Shown: positions 53,237 to 63,416, counted from the first letter of the stretch. The stretch: DNA of 64,000 nt from Terriglobia bacterium (GCA_963695545.1 OY968796.1:704001-768000), one strand, 5' to 3'. Numbers and translations: made by a program. Notes: generated by a model not told the origin, from the sequence alone.

Positions 53237-53257
53237 GTTCGAAATAATTTCCACAGG
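53237..53257. repeat. 21-bp exact repeat GTTCGAAATAATTTCCACAGG, copy 2
   Basis: Identical to 640-660; 60-80 nt upstream of the recG start. Confidence 0.9.
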
Positions 53258-53475
53258 AGGCAAAATTGAAAAGTTTCGGGCGTTAGCGGAAGGCGCGAGG
53301 CAAGGCGGGCCAAAGACCGCACCGCGCCGCAGCGGGCCTTCGGCGTTAAAACCGAAGAGTGCGGCACTCGAATGCAAGAACCGCGGCGAGTGGCGGCATG
53401 CGGGATTCGCCCGGCCGCACGGAGGAGAAATGAGCGGTGGGCGAAACTTGCCAACGGCGGGCGCGTACCGATAGA

Positions 53476-56400
53476 GTGAGTCGGTTTGCGGAGGAATATC
53501 TGGCTCTTGAGAAATTAACGCGCGGGGACAAACGCACGCTGCTGATCTGGCTGCTTTGGGCGGCCGTCGGACTGGGCGTGGCGTGGCATTATTTTCCGCG
53601 CGCTTTCCCCGAAGCGTCGGTGAATTTTCGTGTCTCGCGCGGCGAGGCGCTGGATCGCGCGCGGCAATTCGTCGCGGGGCAACGCGGCGACGTTGCGGGA
53701 ATGCGCTCGACGATCGTGTTCGACGTAGACGACACGGCCAAGACGTATCTTGAGCGCGAAGTCGGGCTAAAGAACGCGAATCAATTGATGGCTTCCGACG
53801 TGAGCACGTGGTACTGGAGCGTGCGATTTTTCCGACCGCTGCAGCAGGAAGAATTTTCGGTGCGCGTGGCGCCGAGCGGGCGGATCGTTGGCTACGATCA
53901 CGTGATTAAAGAGGGCGCGCCTGGCGCGCGCCTGGATGGTGACGCGGCGCGCGCGGCGGCGGAAGCGTTCGCGAGCGACGCGCTGGGGCAGAACCTTGCG
54001 TCGTACGATTTCCTGCCGGCGGAATCGAATTCGACGGAGCGGCCCAACCGGCGCGATTGGAGCTTCACCTGGGAGCGGCACGGATTTCGCGCGAAGGACG
54101 CGCCGTATCGCATGCGCGTTTCGCTTGAGGGCGATCGACTTGGCGAATACACGGAATTCCTGAAAGTTCCGGAGGTCTGGCAAACGGGCTACGAGCGGCT
54201 GCGCTCGTCGAACGATTTTATTGAGACGCTGGCGATTGTGCCGTACGCGATGCTCCTGGGTGCGTGCTTGTGGGTGATCATCGTGCTGGGGCGCGCGGGC
54301 GAGCTCGAATGGAAATCGGGAATCGCGCTGGGCGCGGTGCTGACGGCGCTTTATTTCGCGATGACCTTGAACACCTGGCCCGAAATTTTATCGGGCTACG
54401 ACACCAACACATCGTATTCAAGTTTCCTGTTCGGCCAAATCGCCGAGGCTTTCATGATTTCGATTTCGTCGGCGCTGCTGGTGGTGGCGGCGGTTGTGCC
54501 GGGCGAGCCGCTGTATCGCGCGGCGCTGCCGACACGGCTGCGGCTGTGGATCATGGGGCGCTTTCCGGCGATGCGCTCGCGTGAATTTTTCCGCTCATGC
54601 ACGATCGGGGTGTGCCTTGCGGCGGTGTCCATCGGCTACCAGGTGGTGTTCTACATCGTGGCGGGACATTTCGGGGCGTGGGCGCCGCAAGACGTGCAGT
54701 ACGACAACGTGGTGAGCACGGCGGTGCCGTGGATTTTTCCGCTGACGATTGGATTGTACGCGGCGACCAGCGAAGAATTCCTGTTTCGCATGTTCGCGAT
54801 TCCTTTTGTGCGGCGCCTCACGAAATCGAGTTTCCTGGCGGTGGTGCTGCCGGCGTTTGCGTGGGGATTTTTGCATTCCAATTATCCGCAAGAGCCGCCT
54901 TACATTCGCGGGCTTGAAGTGGGATTGTTCGGGATCGCCGCAGGACTGGTGATGCTGCGCTGGGGAATTTTGACGACGCTGGTGTGGCACTACACGGTGG
55001 ACGCGGTATTGAGCGGGCTGCTGCTGGTGCAATCGACGAGTTTGTATCTGCGCGTTTCGGGACTGGTGGTGGGCGGCGCGGCGCTGATACCGCTGGCGAT
55101 CGCCGGATTTTTTTATGTGGCGCGAGGAGGGTTCGAGCCGTCGCTAGAGCTCGAGAACCGCGCGGTGCCCGCGCCGCCGGCTTTGGCGGAGATTGGAGTG
55201 GAGGCGGGGGAAGCGTCGCTTGTGGAGCGGGCGGCATTCGATGCTCCGGAGACTTCGATCGCGCGGCGCTACGACAGAATCTGGCGCAGGAAGCTCGCGC
55301 TGCTGGTCGCGTGCGGATTGATCGGCGCGCTGCTGCTGTGGCGCGTGCATCCGCAGGAGATCGGGAGCTACGTGCGATTTTCGGCCGATGCGAACGAGGC
55401 CACGGCGAGCGCGGACCAAGCGCTGCGAGGTTGGAACGTCGATCCGGCGAGCTACCATCACGCGGCGACGATTGCGTACACCTTCAACGATTACACAAAC
55501 GAATTTTTGCGCCGCGCGGTGGGAATCGACGGCGCGAATCGCATCTACGAGCAGCAGGTGCCATCGGCGTTCTGGACCGTGCGCTATTTTCGCGATTTGC
55601 AGAAACAAGAGTACACCGTGGTGCTCTACCCGGATGGCGGACTTTATTCCGTGCACCACACCCTGCCGGAGGACGCGCCGGGAGCGAATCTTTCGAAGGA
55701 CGACGCGCTCGCGCTGGCGGATTCGTGGGTGGCGCGAGAAAAACATTTCGATCTTTCCGCGTGGAAACTGGTGGATTCGCAATCGAAAAAGCAGACCAAT
55801 CGCACCGATCATGTCTTCACGTGGGAGCAGCTGGCGGCGCTGGGCACGGCGCCGGGAGCTTCCGGTCCGGCGCACGTGCGCATCGAACTGCATGTGCAGG
55901 GAGCGGAGGTGTCCGGCTTTCGGACGTACGTGAAAATTCCGGAGGATTGGGAGCGCAACGAGAGCCAGACGACTCTGGCGGGGACGATTTCAAGCGCGGG
56001 ACTCGTCGGGCTCGCGGTGGTCGCCGGCTTTGCGGTGCTGGCGATTTTTTTCCGCAATCTGAGGAAACCGGACATGTCAGAAGTGCCGTGGCGACGCATG
56101 GCGAAGTGGGCGCTGGTGGTGCCGGTGGCGGCGATCGTGAAGTATGCGGCGACTTCGCCGCAACTGCTCGGAGGTTATCCGACGGAGATGCCGCTGAAGA
56201 TTTACATCGCGACGCTGTGCGTGGTGCTGCCGCTGGCCGTGATTCTGGTTTACACCGCGGCGTTTTTTCTGATGGGGCTGGGATGGTTTTTCCTGGCGCG
56301 GGCATTTGCACGCGAGAATTTGCCGGTGTGGAGCGGAATGCCCGCGGCGTATTACACGGATGCGTTTTGCGTGGGCTTGTTCGGCGCGGCGGCGTGGATG

Positions 56401-56973
56401 GGGCTGCGGCGACTGCCATCGCTCGTCGCAGCACGCCGGCCGATGCTGCATCACAGTCTGGCGGCGGCCGTTCCCTCGGCGCTCGATTCGAGATGGCCGG
56501 CCGCGACTGGGCTTGCGAGCATGGTGAACACGGGATTTTTCGGATTCGCGTTGCTCGCGGTGATTGCGGGTTTTCTGTGCTACGGCGCGATGCGGCGAAC
56601 GGGAATTCGAGCGGCGGTGCTGGTACTGATTCCGATTCTGGCGGCGATCGACGCGGGCACGCTGGGCTCGTTTGCGCGGTCGGCCGTGGCGGACATTATT
56701 GTGTTGTGCGTGCTGTGGTGGGTGGTATCGAAACTCGTGCGCTTTAACATGATGGGATATTTCCTGCTGTTCGCCACGCTGGTGGCGGCGGAATCGGCGG
56801 CGGAACTTTTGGCCCAGCCGAATTCTTTTTATCACGCGAACGGCGCCGTGGTGTGCATCGTCGGGATCTTGCTGCTCGCGTGGCCGTTGGTGGCTTGGCG
56901 ACGCGCGGCGTCGCATGGCGCGGGCGCGGCGCATGCGGCGGCGGACGGAGAGAACCGTGGCGATGCCGCCTGA
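53476..56973 (+). CDS. Large CPBP (Rce1/Abi-like) intramembrane glutamic endopeptidase with duplicated periplasmic domain
   Basis: SEEFLFR, AWGFLHSNY, LVWHY motifs; two homologous soluble domains. Start uncertain (GTG 53437, GTG 53476 or CTG 53500). Confidence 0.8.
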   Translation: MSRFAEEYLALEKLTRGDKRTLLIWLLWAAVGLGVAWHYFPRAFPEASVNFRVSRGEALDRARQFVAGQRGDVAGMRSTIVFDVDDTAKTYLEREVGLKNANQLMASDVSTWYWSVRFFRPLQQEEFSVRVAPSGRIVGYDHVIKEGAPGARLDGDAARAAAEAFASDALGQNLASYDFLPAESNSTERPNRRDWSFTWERHGFRAKDAPYRMRVSLEGDRLGEYTEFLKVPEVWQTGYERLRSSNDFIETLAIVPYAMLLGACLWVIIVLGRAGELEWKSGIALGAVLTALYFAMTLNTWPEILSGYDTNTSYSSFLFGQIAEAFMISISSALLVVAAVVPGEPLYRAALPTRLRLWIMGRFPAMRSREFFRSCTIGVCLAAVSIGYQVVFYIVAGHFGAWAPQDVQYDNVVSTAVPWIFPLTIGLYAATSEEFLFRMFAIPFVRRLTKSSFLAVVLPAFAWGFLHSNYPQEPPYIRGLEVGLFGIAAGLVMLRWGILTTLVWHYTVDAVLSGLLLVQSTSLYLRVSGLVVGGAALIPLAIAGFFYVARGGFEPSLELENRAVPAPPALAEIGVEAGEASLVERAAFDAPETSIARRYDRIWRRKLALLVACGLIGALLLWRVHPQEIGSYVRFSADANEATASADQALRGWNVDPASYHHAATIAYTFNDYTNEFLRRAVGIDGANRIYEQQVPSAFWTVRYFRDLQKQEYTVVLYPDGGLYSVHHTLPEDAPGANLSKDDALALADSWVAREKHFDLSAWKLVDSQSKKQTNRTDHVFTWEQLAALGTAPGASGPAHVRIELHVQGAEVSGFRTYVKIPEDWERNESQTTLAGTISSAGLVGLAVVAGFAVLAIFFRNLRKPDMSEVPWRRMAKWALVVPVAAIVKYAATSPQLLGGYPTEMPLKIYIATLCVVLPLAVILVYTAAFFLMGLGWFFLARAFARENLPVWSGMPAAYYTDAFCVGLFGAAAWMGLRRLPSLVAARRPMLHHSLAAAVPSALDSRWPAATGLASMVNTGFFGFALLAVIAGFLCYGAMRRTGIRAAVLVLIPILAAIDAGTLGSFARSAVADIIVLCVLWWVVSKLVRFNMMGYFLLFATLVAAESAAELLAQPNSFYHANGAVVCIVGILLLAWPLVAWRRAASHGAGAAHAAADGENRGDAA

Positions 56974-57181
56974 AACCGCGCCGAGGGGCGTCTCGCGCGC
57001 GTGGCAATGGGGCGAATATATTCTGGCCATTCTCGCCGGGAATATTCTTTATCTGCTGATCGAACCATATTTGCCGATCGAGCTGCGGCATCGGTTGTTC
57101 CGCGCGGATCCCGGCGTGCTGCTCGATTTCTTGATCTGCGCGGGGATTTATGGATTGGTGCGGCTCGCGCGCCGGATTTAA
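56963..57181 (+). CDS. Small membrane hypothetical protein
   Basis: Two hydrophobic segments (EYILAILAGNILYLLI; GVLLDFLICAGIYGLV); overlaps the upstream stop. Confidence 0.6.
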   Translation: MPPETAPRGVSRAWQWGEYILAILAGNILYLLIEPYLPIELRHRLFRADPGVLLDFLICAGIYGLVRLARRI

Positions 57182-57196
57182 TTTTCCGGAACCGGC

Positions 57197-58576
57197 GTGA
57201 TGAAGCGCGCAACGAGCGAGCATCGGAAAAATCTTGGCGTGACGCCGCGCGCAATGCGCAAGATGACGCTCGCCGGGATGATCGCGGCTACTTATTTCAT
57301 GGTCGCCGGCGGCCCGTACGGATTGGAAGACGTTGTTCAGAAGACAGGCTACGCGGGCACCCTCCTCATTCTGATTCTCACGCCGATACTGTGGAGCATT
57401 CCGACAGCGTGGATGGTCAGCGAGCTTTCAACCGCATTGCCGGAAGACGGCGGCTTTTACATTTGGGTGCGCCGCGGCATGGGGCATTTCTGGGGATTCC
57501 AGGAAGCGTGGCTCACGCTGACGGGCAGCTTGCTCGAGATGGCACTTTATCCGGTGCTGTTCGTGAGCTACCTCGAGCGGTTCGTGCCACGAATGGCGGC
57601 GGGGTACACGGGCGTCGCGCTGGAATTGGCGATCATCGTGGCGTGCACGGCGTGGAATATTTTGGGCGCGGGCGCGGTGGGAGAAGCGTCAGTGTGGCTG
57701 AATGTTGCGCTGCTGTTGCCGTTCGTCGGCGTGGTGATTGCGGCGCTGGCGCGATCGCATGCGGCTTCGGCGGCGCCGGTTTCGGCTACGCCACTGCTTC
57801 ATGCGGATTTGATCGGCGCGCTCCTGATCGCGATGTGGAATTACATGGGCTGGGACAATCTTTCAACGGTGGCCGGAGAGACGGAACGGCCGCGGCGAAA
57901 TTACCCGCTGGCGATGGCGGGAGCGGTGGCGCTCGTGACGCTGAGCTATCTGATTCCGGTTGGCGCGGTGGCGCGGACGGGTCTCGATCCGAATCAGTGG
58001 ACGACGGGCGGATGGGTGGACGTGGGCCAATTGTTGGGCGGCACGCTGCTGGCGCTGGCGGTGGCGATCGCCGGGATGCTCGGCGCGTTTGGCACGTTTG
58101 GTTCGCTGATGATGTCGTTCTCGCGGCTGCCGGTGGTGCTGGCCGAGGACGGTTATCTGCCGCGCGTGTTCGCGCGCAAGTATCGGCGCACGGGCGCGCC
58201 GTGGGTGGCGATTGTGGTGTGCGCGATCGGATGGGCGGCGCTGCTGCCGCTTGGATTTGAACGCCTGGTACTGCTCGATGTGCTTTTAACCGGGCTAAGT
58301 ATTTTGCTGGAATTTTGGGCGCTGGTGGCGTTGCGCGTGCGCGAGCCGGAACTTGCGCGGCCGAGCCGAGTGCCGGGCGGAATCGCTGGAACGGTGCTGA
58401 TCGGTTTGCCTCCGCTGGCGCTGCTGGTTTTGGCGGGAGTGCGCGAGCGCACCGAAAAAATCGGGCCCGTGAGCGAATTGACGGTGGGCGGGATCGTGGT
58501 GCTCCTAGGCGTCGTGGTGTATATGTTCGGACGGTGGCGTCGCGAGCGCATCGCGGCACCCGGGGGGCCTTACTGA
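57197..58576 (+). CDS. APC family amino acid/polyamine permease
   Basis: VAGGPYGLE, SELSTALPEDGGFYIWV, WNYMGWDN; about 12 TM helices. Confidence 0.92.
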   Translation: MMKRATSEHRKNLGVTPRAMRKMTLAGMIAATYFMVAGGPYGLEDVVQKTGYAGTLLILILTPILWSIPTAWMVSELSTALPEDGGFYIWVRRGMGHFWGFQEAWLTLTGSLLEMALYPVLFVSYLERFVPRMAAGYTGVALELAIIVACTAWNILGAGAVGEASVWLNVALLLPFVGVVIAALARSHAASAAPVSATPLLHADLIGALLIAMWNYMGWDNLSTVAGETERPRRNYPLAMAGAVALVTLSYLIPVGAVARTGLDPNQWTTGGWVDVGQLLGGTLLALAVAIAGMLGAFGTFGSLMMSFSRLPVVLAEDGYLPRVFARKYRRTGAPWVAIVVCAIGWAALLPLGFERLVLLDVLLTGLSILLEFWALVALRVREPELARPSRVPGGIAGTVLIGLPPLALLVLAGVRERTEKIGPVSELTVGGIVVLLGVVVYMFGRWRRERIAAPGGPY

Positions 58577-58786
58577 GCCCTGATTCCAAAGGCTTTTGGG
58601 TGCGCCGCGGATCGCGTTGGAAAGCTCGAGAATCGCTGCTATCCTTTGCCGCGCCTCGCCGTCTAAGTGACCGAGAACCAGCCGGCAGGCATCTAAATAG
58701 TAGGGGTACGCCACGCTGCCGCACCCGTGACCCAGGGCGGAATTGCGACGCGCAACGCCGGCGGTCACACACGAGGGCACGACATA

Positions 58787-59473
58787 ATGGCCGTTGAGGG
58801 AATGACATTTGCCCTGCCAACGGGTCCCAACCGGCCCGGCTGCGACGATTCCGCGTCGAATGCGGGCATCTTGCATCCAGCCCTGCCGCAGACGGACGAG
58901 AGAGCGCTGATCGAGCGTGCCCAGGCCGGAGACCGGCCGGCGTTCGATGAGTTGGTGCGGCGCTACGACCGGGCGGTACTGCGGCTGGCGACGAACGTGC
59001 TGCGCACGCCCGAAGATGCGCGCGACGCTTATCAAGAATCTTTCCTGAAAATTTACAAAAACATTTCGCGCTTTCGATTCGAGTGCAGCTTCTACACGTG
59101 GGTCTATCGCGTGGTGACGAATTCGTGCCTCGATCATCTTCGCCGCCGCGAGAGCCGGCCGGAGGATCAGGCGCCGGAGGCACATCCGCACGAACGCAGC
59201 GAAGCGGTGGCGGATTTCTTCGACCGGCAAGCCGCGACCTCTCCGGCAGCCAATCCGGAACGCAACACGTTCAATCAGGAAATCGCGCAGCGTATTGCGC
59301 AGGCGCTCGAGGGGCTGACGCCGCGCGAGCGCATGATTTTCGCGATGAAACATTATCAAGGCCTGAAGTTGCGCGCGATCGGCGAGACGCTGGGCACGAC
59401 CGAAGAAACCGTGAAAAATTCGCTGTTTCGCGCGACGCGAAAACTGCGCGCGCAATTGGGAGGCCTGCTGTGA
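58787..59473 (+). CDS. ECF sigma-70 factor
   Basis: AFDELVRRY, EDARDAYQESFLK, FYTWVYRVVTNSCLDHLRR, LTPRER...VKNSLFRA. Confidence 0.95.
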   Translation: MAVEGMTFALPTGPNRPGCDDSASNAGILHPALPQTDERALIERAQAGDRPAFDELVRRYDRAVLRLATNVLRTPEDARDAYQESFLKIYKNISRFRFECSFYTWVYRVVTNSCLDHLRRRESRPEDQAPEAHPHERSEAVADFFDRQAATSPAANPERNTFNQEIAQRIAQALEGLTPRERMIFAMKHYQGLKLRAIGETLGTTEETVKNSLFRATRKLRAQLGGLL

Positions 59474-60579
59474 CGGAATCCGAGCGTCACGCGGCGCCGG
59501 CTCCCTGCCGCGGAAATTCCGAAATGCCCGACATGAGTGAGCGCTTGCTGCTCTACGTCGCCGATGAACTCGATGCTCAGGAACGCGCGGCGGTCGAAGC
59601 GCACGTGCGCGAATGCGCGGCGTGCAGGGCGGCGCTTGAAAGCGAAGAATTGCTACTGGATTGGATCGCGGCAGCCGAGCCGGCCAAGGATCTCGACAGC
59701 TCCGGCATGATGCTGGCGCAATCGCGCAGCGAACTCACGCAGGCGCTCGACGAAGCGGACGATGCCCGGCGCGCGAAACATCCTTGGCTTGCGCTTCTCG
59801 CGGCTCCGGCGTGGCTGCCGAAGCTGCGCAGCGCGTGGGCGTTGCATCCGGCCGCGAGCAGCGTCGTTCTTCTGGCGTTGGGATTCGCGCTGGGAGTTGG
59901 CGTGCCGACGTGGGTGCGCTTCGGATCATCGCCGGCACCGGGCAAGCCTGCGATGGTGGTGAACGCGGCGCCGCGACTTTCCGAGCAAGCGTTGCAGAGC
60001 GTCAGCTCGGTCGGCCTCAATTGGGAAACGCCGGAGGATTCCTCAACGCCGCGCGTGCAACTGCAATTGAATTCGGACAATCCCATGCACCTTGAAGGCG
60101 GCCCGGACGACGCCGACGTCGAGCGCGTTCTCACATTCGTGGTGGCCAATGGCCAGCGGTTTGATCCGGGTGTGCTGCTCGATTCGGTCGATCTGCTCGC
60201 GACGCGCGTGGCTGATCCCGCAGTGCGCAGCGCGCTTTGCGACGCTGCGAGCACGGACCCGAACCCCGGCGTGCGGCTGAAGGCTGTCGAAGCGCTGCGA
60301 GGATACGGCCGCGACCCTGAGGTGCAAAAAGTTCTGCTCGACGCGCTCGGACAAGACGACAATTCCGGCGTGCGCATCGAGGCCGTGAATGCGCTTAGCG
60401 CCGCGCTTTCAAGCGCAGGCGAAGACGCGGGAAGTTCGGCGGCTTCCGCGCGTGATCCGCAAGTGGTCGAGGTGCTGCGCCGAAGCGCGCAGAACGATTC
60501 CAATCATTACGTTCGTCTGACGGCTGCGGCGGCGTTGCAGCAAATCGCCGCGGACCAGACGACGGCTCCGGCACCGTAG
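59470..60579 (+). CDS. zf-HC2 (ZAS) anti-sigma factor with one TM helix and periplasmic HEAT repeats
   Basis: GTGA overlap with the sigma stop; HVRECAAC; TM helix; DPNPGVRLKAVEAL, DDNSGVRIEAVNAL, DSNHYVRL. Confidence 0.88.
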   Translation: MTESERHAAPAPCRGNSEMPDMSERLLLYVADELDAQERAAVEAHVRECAACRAALESEELLLDWIAAAEPAKDLDSSGMMLAQSRSELTQALDEADDARRAKHPWLALLAAPAWLPKLRSAWALHPAASSVVLLALGFALGVGVPTWVRFGSSPAPGKPAMVVNAAPRLSEQALQSVSSVGLNWETPEDSSTPRVQLQLNSDNPMHLEGGPDDADVERVLTFVVANGQRFDPGVLLDSVDLLATRVADPAVRSALCDAASTDPNPGVRLKAVEALRGYGRDPEVQKVLLDALGQDDNSGVRIEAVNALSAALSSAGEDAGSSAASARDPQVVEVLRRSAQNDSNHYVRLTAAAALQQIAADQTTAPAP

Positions 60580-60588
60580 AGATACCGC

Positions 60589-62508
60589 ATGCTCAAAGGA
60601 AACGCATTCTCACGGCGCGCGCGACACAAGGTTTGGCCGCTCGGCCTGCCGATCGCGCTGGTGTGCGCGCTGGCGTGCGCGATTCCGGCGGCCGCGCGAG
60701 CCAGACACCGCGGCGGCCCTCCGCCTGACGTTCGGCAAGTGAGCACGGTGAGATCGGGGCGTCTCGCGACGCGTCCCGGCTTGCGCTTGCTGGTTACAAC
60801 CGATGACGGCAACGTGCAGATTTTCACCGATGCCATCGACGAGATTCGTTACACCGTGCGCGTTTCGGCCGACGCAAGCCAAGCCGGTGCGGCGGATTTG
60901 GTGCGGCATTATTCCGTGACGGCGCACGCCACGGTTTCCGGCGCGCAGATCGCGGGCGCGGCGCCTGCGAATACGCCTGAAGACGTACTGTGGATCGATT
61001 ACGAAATCCACGTGCCCAGCCACTACAGTTTGGATATTACGACGCAGGCCGGAAACATCGAGACGCAAGATATCGTCGGTCACATCTCGCTCACAACCGG
61101 CGGCGGCAACCTCACGGCCGGGCGCGTGGGACCAATTTGGCGGGCGCACGATGCGTCGCTGCGCGCTGGCCAAAATTATTCAGCGCGCCTTGAAACCGAC
61201 GGCGGACACATCACCATCGGCGACGTGGCCGGAGACCTGCGCGCCTCCACGGCCGGCGGGCACATCTCAACCGGCGACGTCCGCGGCCAAGTTGTGCTGC
61301 ACACCGGCGGCGGACACATTCATACGGGTTCGATCGCCGGCGGCGATCTCGGAACCGACGGCGGCAACATCGTGGTCGAACGGTCGAGCAACGGGCTTAC
61401 GGCTTCGACCGTCGGAGGGCAGATCAGCGTCGGCGAAGTGACCGGCGGCCCGGTGCATGCGCGAACCGGCGGCGGCGCGATTCACATCGCGCGCGTGATG
61501 GGGCCGACGGAAGTGGAATCGACGCGCGGTAACATCGCCCTCACTTGCCTTGACGGACCGCTGCGCGCTTCGACTTCGGACGGCACGATCACCGCGTGGT
61601 TCCTCGACGAATCGGCAGAGAAAGAGCCGGACGAGCCGGCCCATCGCGCGCGGCACGACGCGGCTCCTTCGGAACTTGAATCCAGACAAGGCGACATCGT
61701 GGTGTATCTGCCGCGCGAATTGCCGGTCACGATCGAAGCCACCGTCGAGCAGAGCCCTCTGCACCAGATCGTCGCTGATCCGTCGCTTCCGATGAAAGTG
61801 GATTACCCCGCGGGGCCGGGCGGCGCGGTGCGCGCGCAATGCGCGCTGAACGGCGGCGGCGACGTGCTTCGCCTGAAAGCCGACGCGGGAAACATCGTGC
61901 TGAAGTACGGCGATCCGGCCGCGGCCTTGCGCTACACCGAGCAGCAAATGGAACAACTGCACCAACAGTTTGAAGCGCAGATGGAATCACAAGTGGAATC
62001 GCTGCTGAACTCCGACACGTTGGAACAGATTGCGCGCCAGGCCGAAAAAGCTGACACATACGCCGATATCGAGAGCAAGGCGCAGACCGCTGTGCAACGA
62101 GCAGAGCAGCAGCAAGAGGCCGCCGAGCAACAAGCGCAGCAACAAGAACAGGCCGCGGAACAAGCGGAAGGACGTCTTGAGCGCCTGACGATGCGCTTTG
62201 AAGAGATGTGGTGGGGCGACGTTCACGTGGACGCGGATGTGCAGCAGAAAAAGTTGCTGACGCAGGTGACGCCGCAATATCCGGATGTCGCGCGGCAGGC
62301 GGGCGTGGAAGGAACGGTGACGCTGCGCGTGGAGATCGGCCCGGACGGCGCGGTCGAAGACATCGAACCCGTTTCCGGTCCGCCGCTATTGGAACGCGCC
62401 GCGGCGGAAGCGGTCGCGCAGTGGCGCTATGCGCCGACGCTGGTGGACGGCAACGCGGTGAATGTGGTGACGACGGTCTCGGTGGAATTTCATCTGAACC
62501 AGCAGTAA
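60589..62508 (+). CDS. DUF4097 beta-strand repeat protein fused through a coiled coil to a TonB C-terminal domain
   Basis: Signal peptide; repeated T.GG.I units; Q/E/A-rich helix; PQYPDVARQAGVEGTVTL...WRYAPT. Confidence 0.8.
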   Translation: MLKGNAFSRRARHKVWPLGLPIALVCALACAIPAAARARHRGGPPPDVRQVSTVRSGRLATRPGLRLLVTTDDGNVQIFTDAIDEIRYTVRVSADASQAGAADLVRHYSVTAHATVSGAQIAGAAPANTPEDVLWIDYEIHVPSHYSLDITTQAGNIETQDIVGHISLTTGGGNLTAGRVGPIWRAHDASLRAGQNYSARLETDGGHITIGDVAGDLRASTAGGHISTGDVRGQVVLHTGGGHIHTGSIAGGDLGTDGGNIVVERSSNGLTASTVGGQISVGEVTGGPVHARTGGGAIHIARVMGPTEVESTRGNIALTCLDGPLRASTSDGTITAWFLDESAEKEPDEPAHRARHDAAPSELESRQGDIVVYLPRELPVTIEATVEQSPLHQIVADPSLPMKVDYPAGPGGAVRAQCALNGGGDVLRLKADAGNIVLKYGDPAAALRYTEQQMEQLHQQFEAQMESQVESLLNSDTLEQIARQAEKADTYADIESKAQTAVQRAEQQQEAAEQQAQQQEQAAEQAEGRLERLTMRFEEMWWGDVHVDADVQQKKLLTQVTPQYPDVARQAGVEGTVTLRVEIGPDGAVEDIEPVSGPPLLERAAAEAVAQWRYAPTLVDGNAVNVVTTVSVEFHLNQQ

Positions 62509-62577
62509 GTATCCGGAAATTGTTCCGGCAGTGGGCCCGGAGTTGTGAACGACGCAAATTCGACCGGAGGTGCGAGC

Positions 62578-63339
62578 ATGCGCGCATTACGCATCGTGAC
62601 CTTGGTGGCGCTTGGGACATTGGCGGGGGCCGCGTGCACGGCGACGTGCCACGCGGACGACGAAGTGTTCGACAGGATCGTGCCGCTGCCCGCGGCGAAT
62701 TCGTTCGAGTTGCAAAACGTGAACGGGTCGGTGGATATCGAAGGCTGGGATCGAGATGACGTCGAAATCCACGCGGTGAAAACGGACAAGAACGGCCGCG
62801 CGGATCTGGACCGCGTGAAAATCGAGGTGCAGTCCGCGGCGGACCACGTCTCCGTGCAATCCGTTTATCCGAAGGACGACAGCGCGGAAGTTTCGGTCGC
62901 GTACACGATACGCGTACCGCAGCGCGTCCTCTTGCGCGAAATCGCCACAGTCAACGGCGACATTCGCATCCACGGCGTGAGAGCGACGGGGAAACTTCGC
63001 TCCGTGAATGGCGACGTGGAAGCGTATGACAGCACCGGCTCGCTCTCCGCGGAGACCACCAACGGGAATATTCGCCTGGAACTCTGCAGCCTTGCGGATT
63101 CCCCGCTGACCGCGCAAACCGTGAATGGTTCGATCGTGGTGACATTGCCCACGGGATCGGGCGCCGCTCTCGATGCGCGCTCACTCAACGGCGAGGTTAA
63201 GTCCGATCTGCCGTTCGCCGGCAGCTCCGCCGGGCGCAGGGAATTTCACGGCATGCTGGGAACCGGCGGCACATCAATGCGGCTCAGAACCGTAAACGGT
63301 TCGATCCACATCATGGCGTTCAGCGAAAACCCGCAGTAG
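62578..63339 (+). CDS. DUF4097 (putative adhesin) beta-strand repeat protein
   Basis: NVNGSV, TVNGDI, SVNGDV, TTNGNI, TVNGSI repeats; GGAGG RBS. Confidence 0.85.
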   Translation: MRALRIVTLVALGTLAGAACTATCHADDEVFDRIVPLPAANSFELQNVNGSVDIEGWDRDDVEIHAVKTDKNGRADLDRVKIEVQSAADHVSVQSVYPKDDSAEVSVAYTIRVPQRVLLREIATVNGDIRIHGVRATGKLRSVNGDVEAYDSTGSLSAETTNGNIRLELCSLADSPLTAQTVNGSIVVTLPTGSGAALDARSLNGEVKSDLPFAGSSAGRREFHGMLGTGGTSMRLRTVNGSIHIMAFSENPQ

Positions 63340-63416
63340 CAAAACATGCCCCCGAGCCTCTCGCGCCTCGCTCACGCCGCGCCTTGCGCGCCGTCGAACC
63401 GGTGAGGAGGGACACC

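Noticed and set aside
51420..53474. 684-aa + strand ORF
   Set aside because: Antisense shadow of recG with no domain motifs.
62090..62175. CAG/CAA/GAG-rich repetitive DNA as a tandem repeat or CRISPR-like array
   Set aside because: It simply encodes the Q/E/A coiled coil; there is no fixed repeat-spacer periodicity.
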